Shown in pieces: positions 47,740-60,167 of a stretch of 64,000 bases of DNA. The translations under genes and the position numbers were made by a program. This DNA comes from Podarcis muralis (lineage: Eukaryota): positions 26,536,001 to 26,600,000 of the forward strand of contig NC_135667.1 of assembly GCF_964188315.1 (NCBI RefSeq). The letters are read 5' to 3'. How positions within the stretch are numbered: position 1 is the first letter of the stretch; each line of letters opens with the position of its first letter. The notes under the pieces were generated by a model that saw nothing but the letters and a program-made list of their open reading frames with translations, did not search any database and was not told the origin of the DNA.

Positions 47740-48155
47740 ATCAGTAATATCAAAGGCAACACGATGACCAAGTACAACAATGCAATATCAATATAAACTC
47801 TTTATATAATCTATATGAAACATTGAGCAATATGGAATATATGAAATATGCACTCTCTGCAAAACCAAATAAACAGAAATCTTATAAGTCTCTGAAAGTC
47901 ACAAAATCTGTACTCTTTAGAGACTTGACATCTTTCCGCAGGGCCTGCAAGACAGAGCTGTTCCACCAAGCCTTTGGCCAGGGCACAGCCTGACTCCCTC
48001 CTTTGGCAATCTTCACAGAACTCTAGCCCAATGGTTGCCATCAATTTGATTTGAATTAATATTATAATGAAATGATTTTAGAATGTTGTATTATTATTAT
48101 TTTGTTAGCCGCCCTGAGCCCAGCTTTGGCTGGGGAGGGCGGGATATAAATAAAA

Positions 48156-48204
<49 letters not shown>

Positions 48205-48679
48205 TTATGGATTCTCTTGAAAACATAGAACCAAATAAACATAAGTCTTATAAGTTTCTGAAAGTCTTTGTAGATTATGCAAGTCTCTGAAAGAAGCAAT
48301 AGGTTAGATTCTTATCTGATGAAAACAAGCCGTAAGGCTTTGTTTTATGACGTCCAGTGCTGCAGAAGTGGTCCGAAACAGAGGTATGAACAGTGATTCT
48401 GGATATACCCACTGTTTCATGGAATTCTTCTTCAGCACAGCAGAAGGATACAGAAATGCTTCATAAACTGCAAATGAATTATTGAAACGATGACATGCAA
48501 ATACATGGTAACTTACAATAATTCAAATTATTACAAACTATACGCATGAATTGGTTTTGCAGATAGTGCATAATTCATATATTTCATATTGCTCAATGTT
48601 TCGTATAGATTATATAAAGAGTTTATATTGATATTGCATTGTTGTACTTGATCATTGTGTTGCCTTGGATATTACTGAT
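47740..48679. repeat. Unclassified element with 129-bp inverted arms
   Basis: 47740-47868 vs reverse complement of 48551-48679, 7 mismatches; 13-bp direct repeat TGACTGTTGGAAA at 47689 and 48679. Confidence 0.75.
47930..48206 (+). mobile_element. L2-like LINE 3' fragment with (ATT)n tail
   Basis: TTCCGCAGGGCCTGCAAGACAGAGCTGTTCCAC end-of-ORF motif, shared 3' tail, (ATT)n. Confidence 0.65.
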
Positions 48680-49234
48680 GACTGTTGGAAAGAAACAGAG
48701 AAACTGAGGTGAGAGGGAATGGAAGGCAGCTGCTGCTTCCCTGAGCAGAAACGCTCCACAAGCCATCTTGTTGCAGGGCTTTACCTGCTGAATACAGTGC
48801 CAAAAACATTCAAACATTATTCTCAAGACATTTAACTGAATCAGACTGTTTGTTCTAAAGTGTCTCAGGCTTCAGTGAGCGTTTCCTGCAACAACCATTC
48901 AGTGGTCTAAGTTAGCCAGTCTAACACTACAAAAGTGGCAACTAATCATTCTGTTTCTGCCACTGGAGCATTGTTCTACTTTGGTGCAGCTTCGAGTGGG
49001 GATGACATCTGAAATCATTCCTCCTGGTATAATGCAGTTAGAAAATTTGCAACTCCACTAAGTGTCTTAAGGGGTGGAGCTCTTGATATGGTAAATTGAC
49101 CTCTAAGAGTGGTGCATCAGTCCTGGCTGGGGTGCTGGTTTTGGGGGGAGGGAGGGTGCTTATGCTGAGTGGAAGCATGAAATTCTGACCTGAAAACCTG
49201 CTTGTTTAGTAGTACTGTCCTTTTCCACTGGCAA

Positions 49235-49271
<37 letters not shown>

Positions 49272-50804
49272 GCAGGCATTATTTCCCATCATAATCCCAA
49301 AGACCACGATGATCCCCATCATTCAATGCCTTTTTCCATGTCACGGGTTTCCAGCAAGCACCAGCAAAGAGAATCTGCAGCTGACACATTCTCTTCAGTG
49401 CTTCATGCAAATTATTGAAAATGTTAAAACAGATATTGGTAACATGTTAACTTCTCAGCACACCTGAACCTTAAAGTTTTGTCCAGAATTGCCCTCAGTA
49501 TAATTAACTTGTGATAAATTGGTTTTTTATCAAGTTGATACTCAATAAGCCACTTGAGAAGTGATCCATAAAAACTGACTCACCAAACTATTCATGGGCA
49601 GATCCTGGAGAATTTAATACAATTTTATGTGGTGGTATTTGTTATTGATGTTGCTGCTGCTGCTTTATGTCTGCTCATTTTCTGCTTTTCTCTGATCACC
49701 CAGTATGATCTGTCACATCTTTAGCTCTCCATCACTGTTTAAGAGGTGATCTCCTTTACAGTTTTCCTCACTGACTAACAGAATAAGGAGATGTAGTAAT
49801 TACTTTTATTTATATTTTGTTTCTCCATTCCCAGGAGTCTAATAAACTCAGAAGAAAATTCTCAGGTGTATGTGTGGAATGCATGTGTATTTTACTGTTT
49901 ACATGTAAAAGTGTTCTATTAGAATACCAAATGATAAAAGTTTCAAGCAAGAATCACTACGTCACATGGGATTTCACCTGATATACATAGATTGAGTAGC
50001 AATATATGGAGGTACATACATCACTTGGTTTCTTTTTCATTCATTTATAAATATTTCCATTATAACACTAAGATGCTTTAAAAATATTTCCTATAATATA
50101 ATACTTAATATAATTAATATAATATCTATCTATCATGTTCCAAGTTCTTTATTATTTTTTCTTAAAAATTGTAATAACATAACAGCTATTGCTGATTCTT
50201 TTAATTTGAACTATTGTATAAAGCAGAGGACTGCTGGAAAATGTCTGAATGTTTTTAAAAATATGTTTGCTTCAAGAATCACTCAGTAGAATAGGCCGTT
50301 GGATAATTTGTATACAGAATCAGCAACTAAGATACACGACTTATAGACAGATTCCATTTTTGCTAAATTAAATTTTAGTGCCTAATTTATTCTATACAGT
50401 TTTTGGCTATTAATTACCTTGATTGGAAGATCTGCTGCTTTCGACAGCAGCTTGTGACTATGACGGATGGGTGCTCTGGTGCTGAATTGAGTGAACTCAA
50501 ATTGCTTTTCCCTCCCTCCCCCCCCCCACTTGCTGCTGAGACAGAGGTGAGTTCAAAGGGAGGATCACAATGAGTTTCCTCTCAATCTGCCAGTCCCCTC
50601 GAAGCCCCGCTCTTCCGTGGAGTGTTTTTTTGGGGGTACTGAGTCCTACCACTCTCCCCACTGCTCAAACCAGCCTTTGCTTGAACTACAGCAGCTATCT
50701 CTGTGTGACAGTACCATTCACACTGTTCAAAATAAAACAGTATGTGCAGAATTCCAGTGGGATAGAGTTCTTTACCAAAAAAAAAGCCAAATCAAGAAAT
50801 CTGG

Positions 50805-50969
50805 GCACTTTAGCTAATGGGGCCTTACGCTGCTGCCGCACGGCCGGAGCACGATTTCTGTTCTCATCCTGAAGCAAAGTTCTTAACCCGAGGTACTATT
50901 TCTGGGTTAGCGGAGTATGTAACCTGAAGCATATGTAACCTGAAGCATATGTAACCCAAGGTACCACTG
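50805..50969. mobile_element. pogo/Tigger-like MITE, truncated
   Basis: Right TIR GGTACCACTG-TA and internal sequence of the 17248 family. Confidence 0.8.
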
Positions 50970-53202
50970 TATTTGACCAACAAAACTGGAGTGGCCCCCT
51001 CACTTTGCCTAATAAGAGTTCCAGCCCTGCTTCAAATATAAATCCCTTAGGAAAATATTTGCATCCATAAATCTTTTGTTTAGCTCCTTGCTCAACCTGT
51101 GTTATACTTCCCAACTAAACTTTGAATATTGTTGATCCGTGTCCGTTGCAGGCAGTCAGTGGACCAGGGAACTAGGCTTGTCCCCTCAATATTCCTGGTA
51201 AATGAGAGTATTAAAGTACTAAAGCCAGGCACTTCCTTCTCAAAGCTGGAGAAGCTTCTGTCCGGCTTAGGGAAGGAGGGGTGATGCTCACACACAGATG
51301 TTGCCCCTGCCCCAAACAACCCTTAAAAGCTGGCACCTCCGGCCCTAACGTACCCCCATAAAAAGATTCACTGCACGTCTCTGATCCATGTGGAAAACAT
51401 AAGTATACTCCTGCTAAAATCTAACACAATCTGTTCATTTTCTGACTTCGTTGCTACCTGCAGCTATAGTGCCTTGTGAATCTTATAATATGACTTTTGT
51501 TATGGTTGTTCTGTTTAGCATAATTTCTTTTAGTAGCTTTCTTAATAGTGTTCTATAGAAGGTGGTTGTTATACTGGTGATTTGTAATTATTTTACTGAT
51601 GATTTCTTAATTATTCTATATAATTTATGCTGTGGTTGTGATGTTCAATTATCTGTTCTCCTCAGATTTGAGTGCCCAGTTGTTGAATGAGAAGGAAAGT
51701 GAGAAAAGCAACAAGTCTTACTACCTCACTGTGAAGGTTCTTCAGAGAGAGAAAACACCTTTTTGCTATGGCAAGAAACATTAGCTTTTATACCCAAGGT
51801 GTGTGGGATGTAATCCACACAGATCAGTCTAGTACAACATTCCTTGTTTTCCTAGAGTGGACATGCAAGGGAATGTTTGGTCGAGCCAGTCAAAACTTCC
51901 TGTTCCTCCTGCCCTGGAACATCCTTCCTTGCATGTAACTAGTGGGTGGGTGTGACTTTTCCAGACCTGGTAAAAGGACAAGGCATGCTGCCTCTCTCTC
52001 TCTTTTCCATCTTCCTTTTGTCCTGCAAACTTCCTGGAATGAACTGCTGGCTGCCAGATTTGGAAAAGGTGCAAGCCTTAAAAACTTGTTCTGTAGCACC
52101 CTGCTTGTGGTTAACGCTTAGCTGGAATGAAATATTCAATGCAGCAATAGAGAAATTAAAATAATAATTTATTTGTCAGACAAATAAATGATAGGCACAG
52201 TGGTATATTGTTACCAAAGCTCTGCCCCCTCCAGCCCTGATGGCCAGCACTTATATTTCCCTTGCTCCTCCTTTGGCTGCCTCTGTCCAATCAGCCTGGT
52301 TGAAATTCCTATTGGCTGTTTGCTAGAACCAATCATAAAAGATACACCCATTTCCTATTACCTTTTATGGGAGACAAAGAGCTATATTTCCTTCTATCCA
52401 TAAATGGCAGACAAGTAGCCATATATCTTACATTTGCCTCGACAAGGCACCTTAATTACCAGATCACCTGTTGCCCCTGTTGCCCCTGCATTCCAAAACA
52501 AATGGCTAAAACAAATGGCTCATGGTATTAAATTCTATCTAAACAGAGATCTTGGGTTCACATTCTCACACACCATCAATGAAATAAGAATCTAACATAA
52601 GAATCTAACATTTCTTACTTTCTAAATCATTTGCATAATTACATTAAGCCAACAAATCTCATACATAACATAGATAGCTTTTTAGAAGAAAAGGCCTTTG
52701 CAAAGTAAAAAAGGAACTCAGTAAAAACAGCTTCAAAAGAAGCCTCTTCAGTTTACACCCTCCTTTCCCAGCCAGCTGCTTTTCCCATTAGCTCTTCCCA
52801 AAATTTATTGCCCTTTAACTTTCTCAGTATACCTTAAACCTTAGGAAAATATGGCTAGAGTCTGATGGGAGACACATGGTATTATTTTCTGTTAAACAAT
52901 AAATCTTACTATTTACCAACTCTTAATTAGTGTTTTTGCAGCTTGATTGTATTCTGTAATATGTAGGGTCAGTGTAACATTTGCTCCCAGCCTGTAATTC
53001 CCTTTTACAACTTTGAGAAACTTGTCTCCTGCTACTGCTATAAATCAGGGGGGCCCTTGTTCAGGAGAGCAGGAAGATAAACAACTGCCAAAGTACTTAG
53101 CCAGCTGGTTTCTGCCTGGCATGAAACATACAAACATTTGCAAATATATCTTTAAGCTCATTTTAAAATACAGGCCTTGATCAGATGCCTCAGTTCTAAA
53201 TA

Positions 53203-53425
53203 TAGTCGTACCTCGGAAGTCGAACAGAATCCATTCTGGAAGTCCGTTTGACTTCCAAAACTTTTGGAAACCAAGGCGCAGCTTCCGATTGCCTGCAGTA
53301 AGCTCCTGTAGCCAATCGAAAGTTGCGGAAGCCACGCCAGACGTTCGGGGTCCACAGAACATTCACAAATGGGAACATTCATTTCCGGGTTGACTCCAAG
53401 GCATTTGGGATCCAAGGTACAAATG
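53203..53425. mobile_element. pogo/Tigger-like MITE (degenerate)
   Basis: TA-flanked; related to 13374-13616. Confidence 0.6.
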
Positions 53426-53903
53426 TATCTGAGAAATCCGCTCACCTTTTTTTCTGGTGAGTGCTGTTGTGTCCAGGTATCGGGGGCCCTGCAGTGTTCT
53501 GGTGGAGGGGAGATTGACGACTCTCTTGTTGCTGTCTGGGCCACATCACTGGTGCTGGGCGGAACCCACCTAGGGGTGGCCCCGCTGTCCAATCAGGACC
53601 TGGGGGAGGCATGGCCGTGGGTAATTAAGACCACAGAGCATCTGGGGAGCCCTGTTCTCTTACCCTTCACCAGATCTCCCAATCCACCTGCCCTCTTTTT
53701 TATGCTTTGCTATGACTCAAAGCAAAAACTGGATTTGGTGGGTGGTTTGTAGCTCATGTTTCCCAGAATGTTTGCATTCTGTGAATACAGAAAGTCCACT
53801 TTCCATGGTGCCATCTCCCCTAACTTACATGAGTCTGAGGACAATCACATTCTGTCAATCAAGGAAGTGTTCTGCTTGCAGAAATCTGCTGAATAGAGAT
53901 TTA

Positions 53904-54296
53904 CCATATTGGCCCAAATATAAGGCGCACCCACAAATAAGCCACACCTTTCACATTCAATGGAGGGGAGTAAAAAAACAATACCCGAATAGAAGCCGCT
54001 CCCTTAAAATTCCGCAGGCACTCACAGCCGTAAATGGCAGATGTAGAAGAAAACCCTACTGGTACTAGAAAGGACCCGCAAGTGAAAGCGATGAATGACA
54101 TTAGAATTAATTCCACAACAGTCTCAAGCTCGCAAATCGGCAATAAAACATTTTTTTTGTTCTCTTTTACCATATGTCTGTTTCAGCAGCAATATCATAA
54201 AAGCCAATTTTTGTAAGGTTGCAAATTGAACCGCACTTTAACCTTTCACGGTCAGAATTTGGGGGGAAAGTGCAGCTTATATTCAGGCCAATACGG
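53904..54296. mobile_element. Tc2-like MITE
   Basis: TIRs CCATATTGGCC / GGCCAATACGG with TA TSD; empty site in the paralogue at about 42810. Confidence 0.8.
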
Positions 54297-54301
54297 TATT
54301 A

Positions 54302-54660
54302 AAAGGTAAAGGTACCCCTGCCCGTACGGGCCAGTCTTGCCAGACTCTAGGGTTGTGCGCTCATCTCACTCTATAGGCCGGGAGCCAGCGCTGTCCGCAG
54401 ACACTTCCGGGTCACGTGGCCAGCGTGACAAGCTGCATCTGGCGAGCCAGCGCAGCACACGGAACGCCGTTTACCTTCCCGCTGGTAAGCGGTCCCTATT
54501 TTATCTACTTGCACCCGAAGGTGCTTTCGAACTGCTAGGTTGGCAGGCGCTGGGACCGAAAGACGGGAGCGCACCCCGCCGCGGGGATTCGAACCACCGA
54601 CCTTTCGATCGGCAAGTCCTAGGCGCTGAGGCTTTGACCCACAGCGCCACCCGTGTCCCA
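54302..54660 (-). mobile_element. Sauria SINE
   Basis: Full head and ACCTTT tail; 14-bp TSD CCAATACGGTATTA at 54288-54301 and 54661-54674. Confidence 0.92.
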
Positions 54661-54915
54661 CCAATACGGTATTAGGCCAATACAATTACACATACAATCA
54701 AGCTGAAAGCATAGTTCTAACTTGCCATGGACCTGGCACAATTCAGCAGAATCAACATAAAAATATGTGTGAAAATAAGTACAAAACAAGTAAATTAACT
54801 AAAAAAAAATCCACTCTGCAACAGAGCATGAAAATAGTAAGAGCTATTGCTGAACCTATATAACAGTTTATTACTCTAATGGAGCACAGAAATTAAAGAT
54901 CAATCTCTGAATCTA

Positions 54916-55418
54916 TTAGACAGCATCTAAAAAAGCAGGGACATCACCTTCCCAACGAAGGTCCATATAGTTAAAGCTATGGTGTTCCCAGTAGTGATGT
55001 ATGGAAGTGAGAGCTGGACCATAAAGAAGGCTGATCACCAAAGAATTGATGCTTTTGAATTATGGTGCTGGAGGAGACTCTTGAGAGTCCCATGGACTGC
55101 AAAAAGACCAAACCTATCCATTCTTAAGGAAATCAGCCCTGAGTGCTCACTGGAAGGACAGATCCTGAAGCTGAGACTCCAATACTTTGGCCACCTCATG
55201 AGAAGAGAAGACTCCCTGGAAAAGACCTTGATGTTGGGAAAGATGGAGGGCACAAGGAGAAGGGGATGACAGAGGATGAGATGGTTGGATAGTGTTCTTG
55301 AAGCTAGCAGCATGAGTTTGACGAAACTGCGGGAGGCAGTGGAAGACAGGAGTGCCTGGTGTGCTCTGGTCCATGGGGTCACGAAGAGACGGACACAACT
55401 AAGCAACTAAACAACAAC
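54916..55418 (+). mobile_element. BovB 3' fragment
   Basis: ORF 54979-55269 matches the BovB C-terminus; CAA-repeat tail; absent from the paralogous site near 43030. Confidence 0.9.
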
Positions 55419-55530
55419 ATTTACTATTAATTAGCAAGTGTGTTCTCAAAAGATTTGCAACTGAAATGAAAATAAAGATTTCAACACAGGTTTTATCTCT
55501 ATGTTTAAAAATGTTTTACTATATTTTTAC

Positions 55531-55746
55531 AGGAAGAGAAACATATTGCAAATTGGGGAAGATAAATTGGGGTGAAAAATTTTGCAGTCAACTTCCACAA
55601 TGCTGATTGCAGTTGCCTATTCCGAATACTACAGATTATTGGGTTTATAACTGGAGGCAACATGCAGTAGAACATAGAAGCCACAAGATCCATGGCTGAT
55701 AGGGACCCAGAAGTTGGCTTTAGATGAACCACTGGCAAAAAGGATA
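55531..55746 (-). pseudogene. OR14-like pseudogene, 3' fragment of a copy of the 43177-44136 gene
   Basis: LKPTSGSLSAMDLVASMFYCMLPPVINPII; small deletions; 5' three quarters missing at the duplication junction. Confidence 0.88.
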
Positions 55747-55988
55747 CAGTGGTACCTCGGGTTAAGTACTTAATTCATTCCGGAGGTCCATACTTAACCT
55801 GAAACTGTTCTTAATCTGAAGCACCACTTTAGCTATTGGGCCCTCCTGCTGCTGACGCGCCGCCGGAGCACGATTTCTGTTCTCATCCTGAAGCAAAGTT
55901 CTTAACCCGAGGTAATATTTCTGGGTTAGTGGAGTCTGTAACCTGAATCGTATGTAACCTGAAGCGTATGTAACCCGAGGTACCACTG
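55747..55988. mobile_element. pogo/Tigger-like MITE, complete, at the duplication junction
   Basis: TA TSD and both TIRs. Confidence 0.9.
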
Positions 55989-56350
55989 TATTGGATATTT
56001 GTTATGTGGAAAGAAAATCAATAAAAACTATTTTTTTAAAAAAATTCTTTTATTGATTACTCTACACAGGTGATCAATAGCTGTTTCCCACCCTACAAAA
56101 GGTTATGAGTCCAGATGGTAATAGAACACAGAATATGGGATATCTGAAAAATTTTCAAACTTGTTGAAGTGATTTTTTCAAGCAGAGGTGGACAGGAATA
56201 TGCTTCCTTCCTAGTAGACAAAAAGCCGTTGCAGCCTTGAATAATATTAGCTTTTTTTGCTGCTGCTGCATAAAACTGTTGACTCATGTCATAGGAGCTA
56301 ACTCTAGGGGCTGAAGTCCTGTCACACAAACACCCCAATAAAATATGTGA

Positions 56351-56882
56351 TCCCGTAGAAGAAGGGCAGATGAAGATGATGGAGTTTATGGAGCTGGCTG
56401 ATCTCACCGGGAGAATCCGCGACCAGAAAGAAGAGGAACACCAAGAAGACGGGAAGAAATTCAAAGACTATTTGAATAAATATTGTAATATTAAAGATAT
56501 GTAACGACTTGAAAGAATTAATTAGGCCTAGGACTAAATTAGGATTAAGTAATTAAATAAGAAAAAGTATGATAAGAAAAGTTAGGAAATATGATTATGA
56601 CTGTGATATGGTTTTATGAAATGATATTGAAAACTGCTATATATAATTACTAAGAAACTCAGATGGAAGAGATTAGAGGAAGTCAAGTAATATGTTGATG
56701 AAGATGGATTTTAATTAATTAATTAAGTTTTAATTTATGTGGTGATTGGATGTATTTTATGTTTTATATTCTTTCTTCTTCTTTTCTTTTCTTTTCATTT
56801 TATTTCCCCCCTCTTATTATTGTTTATTCTCTCTTTTGTTATGTTTTTGTATGAAAATAAGAAATATTATTGTGGGGGGGGG
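56351..56882 (+). mobile_element. LINE-1 3' fragment specific to the duplicate copy
   Basis: Encodes MELADLTGRIRD...KKFKDYL like the L1 at 45813; flanked by ATATGTGA repeats; absent near 36418. Confidence 0.75.
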
Positions 56883-58308
56883 ATATGTGAGCCCCAAAAA
56901 TTAATGGGCACTGCCATTCAAAAGGTGTGTGCATGTTGTATCATGTGATTGATGTGGGGTGGGGCTTACGTGCCTTGCCCCCACAATACCTTATTCAAGT
57001 TGGAACCCCTGACTCATGTGGAGTGAAGGAAATAAATATGGGTAAAATTAACTGGAGTATCTCTTTTTTTACTTCTGCCAATACAGAGAACAGTAAGAGA
57101 GAGAAGGATGTGATCCACAGAGAAAATGGCAAATCACACTGGTTGGCCAGAAATGACCTTTTATCAGTTGGTACTCCATGGAATGTTTCTATATGTAAAC
57201 AGTGAAATACACATATATACCACAAATACCTGTGAGTGTATCCTTCTGAGTTTGATTAGACTCCTGGGAGTGGTGGAAATAAATATTCATTGCAGCTTCT
57301 CCTTTACATTTCTGCCAGTACAGAGAACAGCATCACCTCTCAAACGGCTGTGGAGAGAGAAGGATGTGATACATTGAAAGGGCAAATCACATTGGCTGCC
57401 CAGGAAAAAATGCCACAGATCTTAATCAGGTATGAAAATGAAGCAGATAAAATTACCCAAGATCTGCCCCTGAACAGCATGGTAAGTCAATTGCATGGGA
57501 TACTTTTCCATTATTGGTGACCTACATAATAGAAATAAAGTTTTATCACAAGTTATTTATGGATTCTCTAGTCCAGAGTCTGCAAAGGTTAGGTGTGCAG
57601 AAGAGTCACCATGTCACCAAGAATGATACAATTTCATTCAATAAAGAGAATATTCTTGCCTGCACATAGAAGAGAACAGGCCAGAGTAAGTCCCTCTTTG
57701 GTTATGGATGTTGGAAACATGGCATGGACAAAGACGGTTAAAGTTGACAGACGGGGTTACTTGGATTATGTTGGAAATTGATGTCTGCTTTGTATTCTTT
57801 CTATTCAGGTTTGGGAAGGCATGATTCTAGGCTTCCTGTTAGCAGAATGAGCAGAAGCACACATGCACACACTGGAAGAAGAAAATGGGGCACCTCTCCC
57901 ATGAAGTCCCACTTTGCTTGTGCATCTCAGAAACCTGATTTGGACAAAGATTGATGATCATTGGGGTTACTTGGATCATTTTGAGAACTGATGCCTGCTT
58001 TTCATTCTTGCCTCTGGGAGTGAAAGGACCAGTGGTGGATTCGTATCAGGTCTGGGGGTAAGAATTTCAGACCTCCACTTAGATTAAGCAAAAGCAAGAC
58101 ATTCATACACCAAAAAAACTGGGACAGTACTGCTCTTGAAGATAAATAAAGTCAATGGTCCCCTAGTTTCTCTTCAAGCCTCTCAGATATTTCTCCTGGA
58201 AGGTAGATTGCAGGTTCATTTTCTGAAGTTCAATTTAGTGAAATTTTGGCGGCAGCTTTGAATTTCAAGGTGCTATAAATAGTATGTTAAGCCCTTTACA
58301 GCTTAGAA

Positions 58309-58616
58309 CTTGGATAGGAAAACTAAGGCCCAGGGGCTGGATCCGGCACAGTTGCCTTCTAAATCTGGCCTGCAGCTGGTCCGGGAATCAGTGTGTTTTT
58401 ACATGAGTAGAATGTGTCCTTTAATTTAAAATGCACCTCTGGGTTATTTGTGGGGCCTGCCTGGTGTTTTTACATGAGTAGAATGTGTGCTTTTATTTAA
58501 AATGCATCTCTAGGTTATTTGTGGGGCATTCGTTCTTTTTTTCTTTTTTTCAAAATATGGTCTAGGTCTGAGGGACAGTGGACTGGCCCCCTGTTGAAAA
58601 AGTTTGCTGACCCCTG
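58309..58616. mobile_element. hAT MITE with internal duplication
   Basis: Right TIR AGTTTGCTGACCCCTG; 8-bp flanks GCTTAGAA / GTTTAGAG (6/8). Confidence 0.7.
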
Positions 58617-59204
58617 GTTTAGAGCTTGTTTATTTGTTTACCAATACATGCCCACTCAACTATTTCAGTATGCAGAATTGGCCGTGTTACAGGTGACACA
58701 TAATATTCAATCTACACTTATAGAAACTGACTTTTACTGTGGTAGCCCCTACAGTTCTTTATTACATTAAGTTTCTATGTCCAAGAATCACTGGGCAGTT
58801 ATTAATTCCCTGCCTAATGACATAATTCTGGACAAGAGCCCTCAGTGGACTATTTTAAATGGCTTTTAAAACCATTTTATTTCAATGAAATATGCCTAGA
58901 CTTGCTGTTTTAATGTTATATTTTGTAGATAAAAAAAGTTATTTTTGATGATTTTATCAGTGTTCCTTGAAAAAAGTATTTCACTATATTTCATACTGAC
59001 TGCTTTACTATTTTGCAATTTAATGCCATTTAATTTTCTTTAAAACTAAAAAACCCCCGAACAATTGTTTATTAAACAATCAATTGTTTATTGCTTACTT
59101 AAGTCAATCCACACGATCATATTGGGGAACTTGCATCAAAGCATTCTCCGCCTCCTTTCTAAAATAGCTTTGTCTTCTCCTTGCAGGTACCACACACTCA
59201 CACA

Positions 59205-60167
59205 ATGTTCAACCAGTCTTCAGGATTGGAGGAATTCATTCTGCATGGATTCTCTGATACTCAGGGATCAGAGATATATCAGTTCATTATATTTTTGATC
59301 ATATATCTGATCGCTGTCACTGAAAACCTCATCATCATCACAGTCATCTCTTACAGTGCTCAGCTTCACAAACCCATGTACTTCTTTCTAGCCAATCTGG
59401 CATTCCAAGACTTTGGCTCCATATCTGTCACAGTCCCCAAATCCATGGCAAATGCCGTGATGAACAGCAAGACCATTTCTTACAATGGATGCATCTGTCA
59501 GGTTTTCTTCTTTGTCCTTTTCTCTGGATCTCATTTTTACCTCCTTGGAATTATGGCATATGACCGCTACATTGCCATCTGCTGCCCGCTGCACTATGAG
59601 ACTGTCATGAATAGAAAGGCATGTATCCAAATGGCAATCGGTGCATGGATTGCTGGCCTTCTGTATTCTGCATCATACGCTGTTAGTACATTCACAATAG
59701 AGTTTTGTTCCAACAACATCAATCAGTTCTTCTGTGAAATTCCACAGTTAATCAAAATTGCTTGCTCTGAATCATATCTCATTGTATTTTGGAATACTTG
59801 TGTTATTGCTTCTCTGTCCTCCATTTATATTGTTCTAATAGTGTATTCTTATGTTCAGATCTTCAGGGCAGTTCTAAGAATTCCTTCTGCCCAGGGAAAG
59901 GAAAAAGCCTTCTCAACTTGCTTGCCACACCTTGTTGTAATATCATTATATTTTCTCATTGGTACATTAGCATATTTAAAGCCAATTTCTAAGTCTCTAT
60001 CATCAATAGATCTTGTACTTTCAGTGTTTTATTGCATGTTGCCACCAGTCATGAATCCCCTAATCTATAGCATTAGGAATAGGGAACTGAAATTGGCATT
60101 ATGGAAGCTTATTTCCAACGTTTTTGCTCATTTTTTCCCACAATCATCAATGCTTTTAAGGAAATAA
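59205..60167 (+). CDS. Olfactory receptor (OR14-like), intact, 320 aa, recent duplicate of 38045-39007
   Basis: OR motifs intact; about 32 nt differences from the paralogue by manual count. Confidence 0.93.
   Translation: MFNQSSGLEEFILHGFSDTQGSEIYQFIIFLIIYLIAVTENLIIITVISYSAQLHKPMYFFLANLAFQDFGSISVTVPKSMANAVMNSKTISYNGCICQVFFFVLFSGSHFYLLGIMAYDRYIAICCPLHYETVMNRKACIQMAIGAWIAGLLYSASYAVSTFTIEFCSNNINQFFCEIPQLIKIACSESYLIVFWNTCVIASLSSIYIVLIVYSYVQIFRAVLRIPSAQGKEKAFSTCLPHLVVISLYFLIGTLAYLKPISKSLSSIDLVLSVFYCMLPPVMNPLIYSIRNRELKLALWKLISNVFAHFFPQSSMLLRK

Noticed and set aside
48316-48425. Functional hammerhead ribozyme (CTGATGA...CGAAAC)
   Set aside because: Stem II closing pair and stem I could not be formed convincingly by eye; a covariance-model search would be needed.
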